This document shows positions 6,995 through 15,543 of a stretch of DNA of 19,577 nucleotides, piece by piece (positions within the stretch are counted from its first letter, which is position 1; every line of letters begins with the position of its first letter). The stretch comes from Sumerlaeia bacterium (GTDB lineage Bacteria; Sumerlaeota; Sumerlaeia; SLMS01; JAHLLQ01): assembly GCA_040219255.1 (NCBI GenBank), contig JAVJSW010000029.1:1-19577 (forward strand). The letters are read 5' to 3'. Under the pieces are notes generated by a model. It was not told where the DNA came from, did no database searches, and worked only from the letters and a program-made list of their open reading frames with translations. Position numbers and translations under genes: made by a program.

Positions 6995-8172
6995 ACCGGC
7001 TCGCCCTTTCCGCCATCCGCCAGTTGCTCGCATTCGGCGAAGCCCCCGCCAAGGACCTCGCGGGCTTTGATGAGCTGCTGAACCTGGGAGTGGTACGCCT
7101 TTCCCAGGATGGCGAGCGCGTGGTGGCGGCCCCCCGGCTGGTGCGAACGCTTCGCCGCATGGGGAAGGAGGAAGCGGACGCCGGACTGTCGGCTGTGCAC
7201 CCGGATGTCTATACGGCGTGGCTGAAGGTGGCGTGCGCCCGGCTGGAAGAAAAGGGGCTGCAAAAGGACGAAGAAGGTCTGATCGAGATCATCGACCAGC
7301 TTGGCCCGGCGGCGGAACGAGCGGTGGAGTTGTGGCCGGAGCGGGGTCTGAAACCCTCGAACATGGAGACGCTGGAACGGTTGATTCTGGAATCCCCGGC
7401 CCATGAAGCGGTTGCGACTCCGCGGGTGCTGCGTGCCGTTGCGGCGGCGGGGGCGATCCTGGCCGATCCGACGGCGAAGAGGCTGGCCGCGTTGCCGGAT
7501 GTGAATGATCAGGATCCGAGCGGAAACTGGGTCGAGGGCCGGGTGCTGCTGCTGCCGGGGAACGAACCGATCCTAAGCCCCACGTCGGTGCTGACGGGCT
7601 CTCTGGAGCCGTTGGAGGGCAAGGAGTCGAGTGGGACGATGAAGTGGGCGCTGGCGCGGCCCTGGGCGTTCCTGCTGGGGCAGCTCGTGTTCATGCAGGA
7701 GGCTTGGCAGGCGGAACGCATTTCGGGTCAGTTGGAATTGGAACTGCCACGTGAAGAAGTGGGGACCTTTCACCAACCCGCCGCGGTACGTGTGGTGGTC
7801 ACCAAACCCGATGGGGCCGAAGTGGAATGCGGAACGTTGGGTGAACTGGTGAGGCGCAGCCTGGATGAGATGGGGGTGGTGCTGCTGACAGCGGACGTGG
7901 AAACAGCGACATTGGATGCGGTGTTGGCTCCGGTGATCGCCGAGATGCTGACGAGGCAGGTGTGGACGTTCGATTCCGGGCGCGGCACACAGACGCCGGG
8001 ATACCGGATCCATCCCGACTTTTCGGACGAATGCTACCGGGCGCTGGGAAGCCGGTACTTTTACCGCAAAGCGACGTCGATCACGATGGCGATGCGGCGG
8101 GCCTGCGAGGCCTGGGCGGAAGAGCGCCTGGTTCGCGCTGGCGCCGCGAACCAGGCGGAGGTGGCGGGATGA
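6991..8172 (+). CDS. Hypothetical protein, 393 aa, possible winged-helix domains
   Basis: The ATG at 6991 follows GGGGGAAG; the track start at 6874 overlaps yhcG. GC-rich coding-like codon usage and an ATGA overlap with the next gene. The N-terminal 'FDELLNLGVVRLSQDGERVV' and the C-terminal 'VIAEMLTRQVWTF...GYRIHPDF' resemble a wHTH recognition helix plus wing (inference). Confidence 0.75.
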   Translation: MNRLALSAIRQLLAFGEAPAKDLAGFDELLNLGVVRLSQDGERVVAAPRLVRTLRRMGKEEADAGLSAVHPDVYTAWLKVACARLEEKGLQKDEEGLIEIIDQLGPAAERAVELWPERGLKPSNMETLERLILESPAHEAVATPRVLRAVAAAGAILADPTAKRLAALPDVNDQDPSGNWVEGRVLLLPGNEPILSPTSVLTGSLEPLEGKESSGTMKWALARPWAFLLGQLVFMQEAWQAERISGQLELELPREEVGTFHQPAAVRVVVTKPDGAEVECGTLGELVRRSLDEMGVVLLTADVETATLDAVLAPVIAEMLTRQVWTFDSGRGTQTPGYRIHPDFSDECYRALGSRYFYRKATSITMAMRRACEAWAEERLVRAGAANQAEVAG

Positions 8173-9293
8173 GCGAGCGGATTCTCTATCTGGATCGTCC
8201 TGCCTTCTGGACCGAGTTTCGGGATCCGGAGTGCTGGCTGCGGGCGTTGCGGACGCTGACGACATTGCAACAGCGCGAGGGCGGCATTCATGGGGCACCG
8301 GATCAGGTGTGGGAAGAGCACCTGAAGCGAGAGCTTTCGCGGCGGGCCATGCATGGCATGTGGGGCATGCGCCAGGGCGGCAAGAGGCCACTGCTCATGG
8401 GTGTTGGGTTCCTTCAGCGCGAGGGAAAGGCCTGGTTCGTGACCGATGAAGCTGCCACGATGGCTGATGGTTACGATCCCGATCAGGCAACTGCGGGTTT
8501 CCGACAGTTGGCGGTGAGCCTGATGAAGTCGAGCCCCTGGCTGCGGCTGATGATCCTGCGTCTTCGACGCGGTGATTGGGAACTGGCGAACTGGCCGAAG
8601 GTGCGCGGGAACGCCGAGAAGTTTGCCGTCGGCAAGAACCTGATCTTCCACAGTCACACCACGCCGGATATGTGGTTTGCCGGAATCGAAATCGCGTGCC
8701 TCGGTAGCTGGAAAGACAAGCTTGGAGTCGATGGAGTCGCTGTCGATCCCGACGTCATGGCGCGGAAGGCAGACAGCGACCAGTTCGCCTGGACGCCGCT
8801 GAAGTCGCCGCTCTACCTGCTCGATTTTCTCGGATGGCTCAGTGATGAGGGCACCCCTGAAATCCCGGATCAAATCCTGACCGACGCTGGTCTGGTGGGT
8901 GAGCACGAAACGCCCACGGAACCATCCAGCATCCTCCAGGACTACACCACCCGTGAAGCCGACCTGCGCGGATTCGTGCCGATTGAATTTGCACTGCGCC
9001 GTATATACCCTTCCCGCTCGCCGGAGATCGATGATTTCGCCGCTTGGATGGATACTGTCATGCAGGCGGCCATGGATCGTGGCGCGATCGAGATTCTGGT
9101 CGCCGAACCGGGCCAGTCGCGGCACGGACGGGGTCTCTTCGGTGACCGGCAGCGAAAGCTGGTGAAGTGGGTGATCCACGACGACTTCAACGAGTGCCTT
9201 GCCGGGATTGAATGGCAACGGCGGCAGGAACCCAACGGCGCACACCATCCGGAACACATCACGAGCACAAGCGAGGGCGACACTGATGACTGA
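8169..9293 (+). CDS. Hypothetical protein, 374 aa, possible tandem winged-helix domains
   Basis: GGAGGTGG RBS and ATG at 8169 overlapping the previous TGA; the track start at 7962 is not credible. wHTH-like segments: 'LLMGVGFLQREGKAWFVTDEA', 'LYLLDFLGWL' and 'AAMDRGAIEIL'. Confidence 0.75.
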   Translation: MSERILYLDRPAFWTEFRDPECWLRALRTLTTLQQREGGIHGAPDQVWEEHLKRELSRRAMHGMWGMRQGGKRPLLMGVGFLQREGKAWFVTDEAATMADGYDPDQATAGFRQLAVSLMKSSPWLRLMILRLRRGDWELANWPKVRGNAEKFAVGKNLIFHSHTTPDMWFAGIEIACLGSWKDKLGVDGVAVDPDVMARKADSDQFAWTPLKSPLYLLDFLGWLSDEGTPEIPDQILTDAGLVGEHETPTEPSSILQDYTTREADLRGFVPIEFALRRIYPSRSPEIDDFAAWMDTVMQAAMDRGAIEILVAEPGQSRHGRGLFGDRQRKLVKWVIHDDFNECLAGIEWQRRQEPNGAHHPEHITSTSEGDTDD

Positions 9294-12200
9294 CAAGAAC
9301 CCCATCCAGCACAAGTGGGCCGCGGGCGGTGTTTCCAGCTACCCGCTGTCGCACCCGATTGTCGGCCAGCGGCAGTTCTTCGAGACGTTCCGGCATTTCA
9401 TCCACCTCGTGGACAAGGAAGCGGAAGAGTTCGCCCATGTGTTCGCGGTGATCGCGCAGTGGGGTGTCGGCAAGTCGCGCCTGGGTTACGAACTGGTGGC
9501 CCAGGTGAATGAAAGCTCCCAGGGTTGGCATGTCCGGGAGCAGGATGGTGCGCTGAAGAATGCCGAGCTGTTCAACAACAACGAGGATCGCGAGCAGTAC
9601 CTGGCGCTGTATATACGCTACAGCCAGATCGCGAACGATTACCACAATGTGGACAACTGGTTCGCCTTCGGGCTGTACAAGTCCTTGGTGCTCATCGCCA
9701 AGGAGCAGTTCGACAATTCCATCCAGGGGCAGATCGCGAAGGAAGCCTACGATCGCTTGCTGGTCGGTGGGTTTGATCACGAGGAACTTGCGGCTCGCCT
9801 GGAGATCAGCAAGAATCACAACGACGAGGATCTATACACCGATCCCACGTTGGCGACGCGGCTCTGCCGGGCCGCTTACGATTACCTGTCAACCTTCGGC
9901 ATCAAGTACGTGCTCGTGGTGCTGGATGAACTGGAAACGGCGGCAGAAGCGGCAACGTATGGCCTGGAATCGGATGATCTGAAAAAGCTGGATGGCCGGG
10001 CCATCAAGCTCATGGGCAAGGCCATCAAGGAAGAAGACCCGCGGCGCAAGCTGCCGTGGCTGCGTTATGTGGCGCTGTGTTCCCCCGCCATCGGGGACGA
10101 GCTACGGGAGATTCAGTCAACGGCTCGACGATTCGAGATGGCCGAGCTGTCCGCGAACTCGTTCAGCGACGTCAGTACGTTCGTGAAGATCCTGTCGCAG
10201 GATGGGAAGCTGCCGCAGTATCCTACGGGCCTCGTGGAAGCGGCCTACACCATGAGCGCGGGGAACTTCGGTTGGTTCAACGTCATCATGGCGAACGTGG
10301 ACAACCTGCTGGAGCAGCGCCGCATCCGCGGGGAGGCGACGCCGAAGACGCTGGGAGAGCTTTTCGCCGAACTGGTGGGGGTTTCCACCCGCATCAAGGA
10401 ATACGTTCTCGATCACAACGCCATTGAAGTGCTGAAACTGGGTGATCGCTCGAAGCTCCAGAGCGCCCGCGAGCTGTTGTACGGCCAGCTTCCCGTGGCG
10501 TTGGACGCTTTCGCACCGGACGAGCGCCAGGTTCTGCTGGCATCACGAAACGAGTACGACGAACCGTTGGCGCTCCTGTTCCGACGTGTTGAGTGGGACG
10601 ACATGGAAAGCGTCCAGGCGCTACGGGAATCTAAGTTCAACCGGGACAAGTCTTACTGGAGGCTCGGTGGTATCGATCAGCCGCTGGACCTGAACCAGCT
10701 TCTCTCAAACCTGGGAACCTACGCCATTCACGAAACCCAGGGGGAATCGCACAGCAAAGGCAAGCGCACGCTGGTGATTCCCCTGCTTCAATCCGATTTC
10801 GTGCAGTTGGTTGGACTGCTGTACCCGCACCCCGCGGCGGAAGATGCCGCTCGTGCACTCTGGCGTAAGTTCTTGGGCAGTCAGGACATCCTAGGGGATG
10901 AGGCGACACACATCGGTCCCAGCATGCCGATGATTGCACGACTTGACCTGCGGCATCGCCAGCAAGGGCAGCGGACTCTGGTGTTCCGCGACCCAGACAT
11001 GGGTGAAGCACACAACAAGGCGATGGAGGCTCGTAAAGGTGAGTCGCAGGAGACACACGCACGCAATGTGCTGACCGGTGCCATGCGAGTCCTCGACCAG
11101 AACTGGGAATACGATGTGGTGGCTCCTGGTTTCGGCGAAGACGTTGTCGCCATCACCACGGCGGCCAAGACACGACAGAGCACCCATGGTGGGCTCGTCA
11201 CTCTGGATGGTTTGAAGCTGCACCCCAAGGGCCGCGTGGTGATAGCGTGGGCACGCAATCTCGCGGAGCTGGAAAAGCTCTGCCACCTGACTTCAGGCCA
11301 GTTCTCAAGTGAAGGACGCTACCCGGTCGTCGTGTTTACATCCTCGCGGGCGCTGATCGATCAGTTTGAATCCGCAACGACGGATACACTGAAGAACGCG
11401 GCGTCGTACATGATGGTCTACCAAGTCTCCTCTTCTGAGGAGAACGCTCTCAACCAGGTGGGCCTCCCGCGCCAGGACTGGCACGGGTTCGAGCTGAACG
11501 ACACCGTGTTTACGACGGCTTTCAGCAACCGCCTCCAGAGCATCGTAAGGCCGTTCATGCAGGCCGTGGGACAGTGGCGTACGGCACTTGACAACATGGG
11601 CAGGATCGCTTGGCCGTTCAGGGCGAGTGGAAATCTCCGCGACAATGAGTTGGATGTACTCATCAAGGGCTGGTGCTGGCTGATGGTTGCTGGGCCTGCT
11701 CAACGCAGCTTGCTTGATATAGATGAAAAGGCTCCCATCAGTGTGGAAGACCTGACGGCGATCCTGGGAAAACTTCGTATCACTCCGAAAGCACGGGCCG
11801 CAGGTTACAGTGACGACGAGCGAGCACGTCTCTTTACCGACTTCGATGGAAATGCGAAACCCGCATTCCCGCCGTTCCTTGTCGGCCTTCTGCGAAGGCT
11901 TCTGAAGGATCAGCCGTGGACCATGGACGCGGCGAAGCGCGAATGGTTCTGGGCCTACACGCAGGATGGGGCCAAAGAGCGAACCACCTACGAGGAGTGG
12001 ATGTCACTCCTTTGCGAGATTGGTTTCGCAAGGGAGGCCCAGACGCAGGGGCGCGGCCCCAGTGAGTACAAGCTGGTAACGCGCAGCTATCTGAGCAATC
12101 AACACATCGAAGCCAACAACTGGCTGATCGACAGCTACGGCAAGACCGTCCGGGAGCTTGAGGCCGTGTTTGGTCAGGGTCGGGTGCAGGAGCTTTTCGG

Positions 12201-13551
12201 GCCAGAGGGGAGCGCCCACGTCGGGACCAAAACCAAAGACGCTCGCGCACGGCTGAAGAAGGCCAAGGAAGCACTGAACCAGCTCAACATCGCTGAACCA
12301 GCGGTTGCTTTCGACGACTGTGAAAAGGCCGCTGATGAATTGCAGCGTTGCTCTCATCTGCGAAAGACTGCCGCCCTGGAGTCCGCCTTTGTCTACGACA
12401 AGGATCGGTATGCAGCTCTCCAGATGGACGACAACATCAAGACGTTGAACTTCGAGGATGACCAGCAGGAGCTGTGGCGGCGCATCCGGCGGGCTGAATT
12501 GTTCATGCAGTATATGCGCAGAGCCGAGAAGCTCATGCGAGCCAGAGTAGACGCTATACAGCACACTATTAGTGAGAAGGCTCCCGATGCATTCCCAGTC
12601 CGCCTCTTCACGCTCTCTCTTGCAAAGATCAACCACATCCTCGATGGCGCGTTGAATCTCACCCAGGGAAGCGGACAGACGGAGGCCGTTCAGGCCTCGG
12701 AACAGGGAACGCTGCAATACTACCTACGCAGTCTGCATGTTGCTGATGCGTCATCCGCTGTCGATAAGCTCGCCGGTGAGATTGGGCTGGATGTACGGAC
12801 TGGAAGCGCTCTTGCTATCGATGAGATCGACGGCAGCATCTTCGCTACATACCGCACCCTCCATTCTCTGTACGACGACCTCCTCCGGAAACTTGAAGAT
12901 CACCAGGGTCGACTGAAGAAGATCGCAACTGCACTGGAAGATGCCCCAAAGGACTTCAACTACCCCTCTGATGTTCCTTCGCTGAAGTCGCTACTGCCCC
13001 GGCCCGAACTAATCCGGGAAGAGCTGGAAGAGAGCAGAACGGAGGAGGTCGACAAGCTGCTTGAGGAATTCAGCGGACCTGCGCGGCTGGGGAACTTCAA
13101 GCCCCTGATGGATCGTGCATCCCGGATCTTCGACAGTCCTCGAAAGAGCAGTCAGGACTTGGCTGGCTTTATCCTTACGCTGGAGAACGCCATCACCGGG
13201 TATAGACAGCAACTGTTGAGCCGTAAGGAACTCCAGGGAAGTGTGGCCGCCTACAATGCGCTCCTCCGGGTGAAGTCGAAAACTCCCATAACAGCACCGT
13301 CGCTGGCAACTCTTGAGGCTCACACATCGCTGAAGCAATCCCTGGATCATCTGGCGTCCCAGCTTTTGCAGTGGTCGAAAGATGGGAACTTTCACCTACA
13401 ATCTACAGGCGTCTCCTTCGATCGCTGGCGCACGGTTGTTGAAGCGCTCATGGAAGGCAAGGATCCGGGTCTCGATCCTGGAGAGGCGGATAAGTTGGTG
13501 AGCAATGGGTTCATCCGTCGGACCTACTCCCTATCAGGAGGGATGCCATGA
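9286..13551 (+). CDS. Very large P-loop ATPase (AAA+/STAND-like N-terminal domain, long helical/coiled-coil C-terminus), 1421 aa
   Basis: ATG at 9286 after GAGGG. Walker A AQWGVGKS (9454-9477), Walker B VLVVLDELE (DE at 9925-9930), an arginine-finger-like TARRF and SAGNFG after the lid helix. Heptad-like helices lie near the C-terminus (LYDDLLRKLEDHQGRLKKIATALE). Confidence 0.85.
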   Translation: MTDKNPIQHKWAAGGVSSYPLSHPIVGQRQFFETFRHFIHLVDKEAEEFAHVFAVIAQWGVGKSRLGYELVAQVNESSQGWHVREQDGALKNAELFNNNEDREQYLALYIRYSQIANDYHNVDNWFAFGLYKSLVLIAKEQFDNSIQGQIAKEAYDRLLVGGFDHEELAARLEISKNHNDEDLYTDPTLATRLCRAAYDYLSTFGIKYVLVVLDELETAAEAATYGLESDDLKKLDGRAIKLMGKAIKEEDPRRKLPWLRYVALCSPAIGDELREIQSTARRFEMAELSANSFSDVSTFVKILSQDGKLPQYPTGLVEAAYTMSAGNFGWFNVIMANVDNLLEQRRIRGEATPKTLGELFAELVGVSTRIKEYVLDHNAIEVLKLGDRSKLQSARELLYGQLPVALDAFAPDERQVLLASRNEYDEPLALLFRRVEWDDMESVQALRESKFNRDKSYWRLGGIDQPLDLNQLLSNLGTYAIHETQGESHSKGKRTLVIPLLQSDFVQLVGLLYPHPAAEDAARALWRKFLGSQDILGDEATHIGPSMPMIARLDLRHRQQGQRTLVFRDPDMGEAHNKAMEARKGESQETHARNVLTGAMRVLDQNWEYDVVAPGFGEDVVAITTAAKTRQSTHGGLVTLDGLKLHPKGRVVIAWARNLAELEKLCHLTSGQFSSEGRYPVVVFTSSRALIDQFESATTDTLKNAASYMMVYQVSSSEENALNQVGLPRQDWHGFELNDTVFTTAFSNRLQSIVRPFMQAVGQWRTALDNMGRIAWPFRASGNLRDNELDVLIKGWCWLMVAGPAQRSLLDIDEKAPISVEDLTAILGKLRITPKARAAGYSDDERARLFTDFDGNAKPAFPPFLVGLLRRLLKDQPWTMDAAKREWFWAYTQDGAKERTTYEEWMSLLCEIGFAREAQTQGRGPSEYKLVTRSYLSNQHIEANNWLIDSYGKTVRELEAVFGQGRVQELFGPEGSAHVGTKTKDARARLKKAKEALNQLNIAEPAVAFDDCEKAADELQRCSHLRKTAALESAFVYDKDRYAALQMDDNIKTLNFEDDQQELWRRIRRAELFMQYMRRAEKLMRARVDAIQHTISEKAPDAFPVRLFTLSLAKINHILDGALNLTQGSGQTEAVQASEQGTLQYYLRSLHVADASSAVDKLAGEIGLDVRTGSALAIDEIDGSIFATYRTLHSLYDDLLRKLEDHQGRLKKIATALEDAPKDFNYPSDVPSLKSLLPRPELIREELEESRTEEVDKLLEEFSGPARLGNFKPLMDRASRIFDSPRKSSQDLAGFILTLENAITGYRQQLLSRKELQGSVAAYNALLRVKSKTPITAPSLATLEAHTSLKQSLDHLASQLLQWSKDGNFHLQSTGVSFDRWRTVVEALMEGKDPGLDPGEADKLVSNGFIRRTYSLSGGMP

Positions 13552-14366
13552 CAGCGCGGCTATACATGATCGGAAAAATCGCCGAAGGCCGCCGCGGGCG
13601 GATCCTTTCCATGGCGTGCGAGGCCGAGGCGATTCGGGAACTGCCCGCTGGGCCGGGATGTGTCCTGGTCTCAGGGGAGGACTTCGTGAGTGAGGATACC
13701 CAGAACACGATTCTGAACTGGATTGGTGAATCCGGACGCACGGCAATGGTTCTGCCGCCATTCGCGAACGGCGAGTTTGAGCACCCAGTGAAATGGACTG
13801 TTTCTTACCACACCTCACCATTGAAAGGTAAAGATCCGCTCGGGAGGATACTGGCAGAAGAGGTTCAGTATGATCTCCGCGGAAACCTGATGACCGACCA
13901 CATTCGCGATTTGCAATTCGCGAATGGCGACCTTGCTGTGGCTTACCACCGCGAGCGTATCGTGGAAGGATGCCTTGTCTTTGCCGTCTTGCCGATCTGG
14001 TCGCTTCGTGTTTTGGATGTCCCTGATGTCCTCCAATCTTGGCTGGAGCGCATCATGGGCCTGGGTGGCAAGCCCGCAGAGGCCAAGCCCCAAAGGCCAG
14101 CAGTTCCGGCAATCGGTCCCCTCCACTACTCCCTCCTGCTCCATCTTTACGCGGGTGGGTACGAAAGCATGGGAGAGGCGATCCGAGCTGCCGAGTCCTC
14201 GCAAGTGCTCCGCCTGACGAAGGGCCAAGTGCTACAACTGGCCGATGACCTGGCTGGGCTGGCTTACATCGACGACGCCAGATTGTCGGACAAAGGGTCA
14301 GAAGCTCTCAGGAACAGTCCATATTGGGTTTACGCCGAACCCCTGAAGGAGGCCTCCAATGGCTGA
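13548..14366 (+). CDS. Hypothetical protein, 272 aa (alpha/beta N-terminal domain, Pro-rich linker, wHTH-like C-terminus)
   Basis: AGGAGG RBS, ATGA overlap with the ATPase gene and an 8-nt overlap with nurA. The linker KPAEAKPQRPAVP precedes HYSLLLHL...LAGLAYIDDARLSDKGSEAL, which resembles the wing motif L-[TS]-x-x-G. Confidence 0.75.
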   Translation: MTARLYMIGKIAEGRRGRILSMACEAEAIRELPAGPGCVLVSGEDFVSEDTQNTILNWIGESGRTAMVLPPFANGEFEHPVKWTVSYHTSPLKGKDPLGRILAEEVQYDLRGNLMTDHIRDLQFANGDLAVAYHRERIVEGCLVFAVLPIWSLRVLDVPDVLQSWLERIMGLGGKPAEAKPQRPAVPAIGPLHYSLLLHLYAGGYESMGEAIRAAESSQVLRLTKGQVLQLADDLAGLAYIDDARLSDKGSEALRNSPYWVYAEPLKEASNG

Positions 14367-15525
14367 GGCGAAGGGAAATGCCCGAACACTTGCACAGACC
14401 CTTGCCATTCAGTCCCAGATCTGTTTGCCAGGGACGGTTGGGAGAATCCTGCATCAGATCAGGGAGTTGGAATCGATCGCCCCGTTGTTTGTGAAAGCAG
14501 GTCTGGTCAAGAGTGTTGATAGGCCAACTCCACTGAATCTCAAGGTGAGTGGCATCGGCACCCGAAGCACAGTGAAGAGGACCGTGGGTGGATTCGTCTA
14601 CGCGACGGCAGCGGTCCGGATCGACCTGGTAGTAGAGAACAACGTCGTTTCCACAGCGGGCCAGGACAGCCGTTGTGAGATCGACGACATCAACTTTGAG
14701 GATCAGTCCAAGACCCTGCAACTCAACGAGGCCAGACTCGCTTACACCCTTGCTGAAGCTGCCCTCGACGACTTCGAGCCGGACTTGGTCCTGATGGACT
14801 GTCCGCTCGCTCTCAATCGATCCATGGTGCCCAACAGCGGTCGTGATACTGAAGGGCAATACAACCAGTCCTACAGCCGCGCCATTGAAGCCATCCGTCG
14901 TTTCTGGGTGAACAAGAAGTCGAGTATCTTTCCTTGGGCCGAGAACGGCCCAGTCGTTGGAGGAATTGCTGCTCAACGATTCGGGGCGATCGTCCACTCC
15001 GCGATGGCTGATCTGCGTGATACTCAAGGGCGAAGTCAGGTTCTTTCCAGTGAATCCACTGACCTGCGAGTTTTGGAAACATTGGGACGCAGAGCGGACT
15101 CGATTCGAGGCATCGGGGAACGCCGCTTCGTCTTCGGTCTCCTGGGCGGTTACACAAGAACCGCTGCCTTCAAGATGTCTGTACATACACCAAGGATGGA
15201 GCCATCGCTACTGACGGATCTGGGGGTGCTCGGTGTGCATTACCGAGCTGGCCTGCACGGGTCGCCCCAGTTGCTGCAACTGATCGGTGACGAAACGGGG
15301 TGGGGAAAGGATTCAGCAGATGATGTCACTGGGAAGATCATGGCGCTGACAGCCACCGGTGGGGACAAGGCCATGCCTCTCCCGATCCAACTGGCCTACA
15401 GGGAACTGAAGGGCCTCGACGCATTCCTTGAGAACTACCGCCGCGGTCTTGCCGAGGAGATGCGTAATCGCCGCATCGAGAAGGCATGGCTGGAAGATGT
15501 CGATGCTTTCGACCAAGACAACTGA
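14359..15525 (+). CDS. nurA: NurA-family (RNase H-like fold) protein, catalytic motifs apparently degenerate, 388 aa
   Basis: AGGAGG RBS; lies immediately upstream of herA. NurA-like layout: LAYTLAE helix followed by DLVLMDCPL (cf. hhhDGsL), VVGGI, and the C-terminal MPLPIQLAY (cf. YPxPLxxAH). Confidence 0.7.
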   Translation: MAEAKGNARTLAQTLAIQSQICLPGTVGRILHQIRELESIAPLFVKAGLVKSVDRPTPLNLKVSGIGTRSTVKRTVGGFVYATAAVRIDLVVENNVVSTAGQDSRCEIDDINFEDQSKTLQLNEARLAYTLAEAALDDFEPDLVLMDCPLALNRSMVPNSGRDTEGQYNQSYSRAIEAIRRFWVNKKSSIFPWAENGPVVGGIAAQRFGAIVHSAMADLRDTQGRSQVLSSESTDLRVLETLGRRADSIRGIGERRFVFGLLGGYTRTAAFKMSVHTPRMEPSLLTDLGVLGVHYRAGLHGSPQLLQLIGDETGWGKDSADDVTGKIMALTATGGDKAMPLPIQLAYRELKGLDAFLENYRRGLAEEMRNRRIEKAWLEDVDAFDQDN

Positions 15526-15543
15526 AAGAACAGGAGACTGTAA

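Noticed and set aside
715-9285. ORF-track starts at 715, 6874, 7962 and 9199 (also 17183)
   Set aside because: Each overlaps the upstream gene substantially. The downstream ATGs at 772, 6991, 8169, 9286 and 17222 fit RBS position and/or stop-start coupling better.
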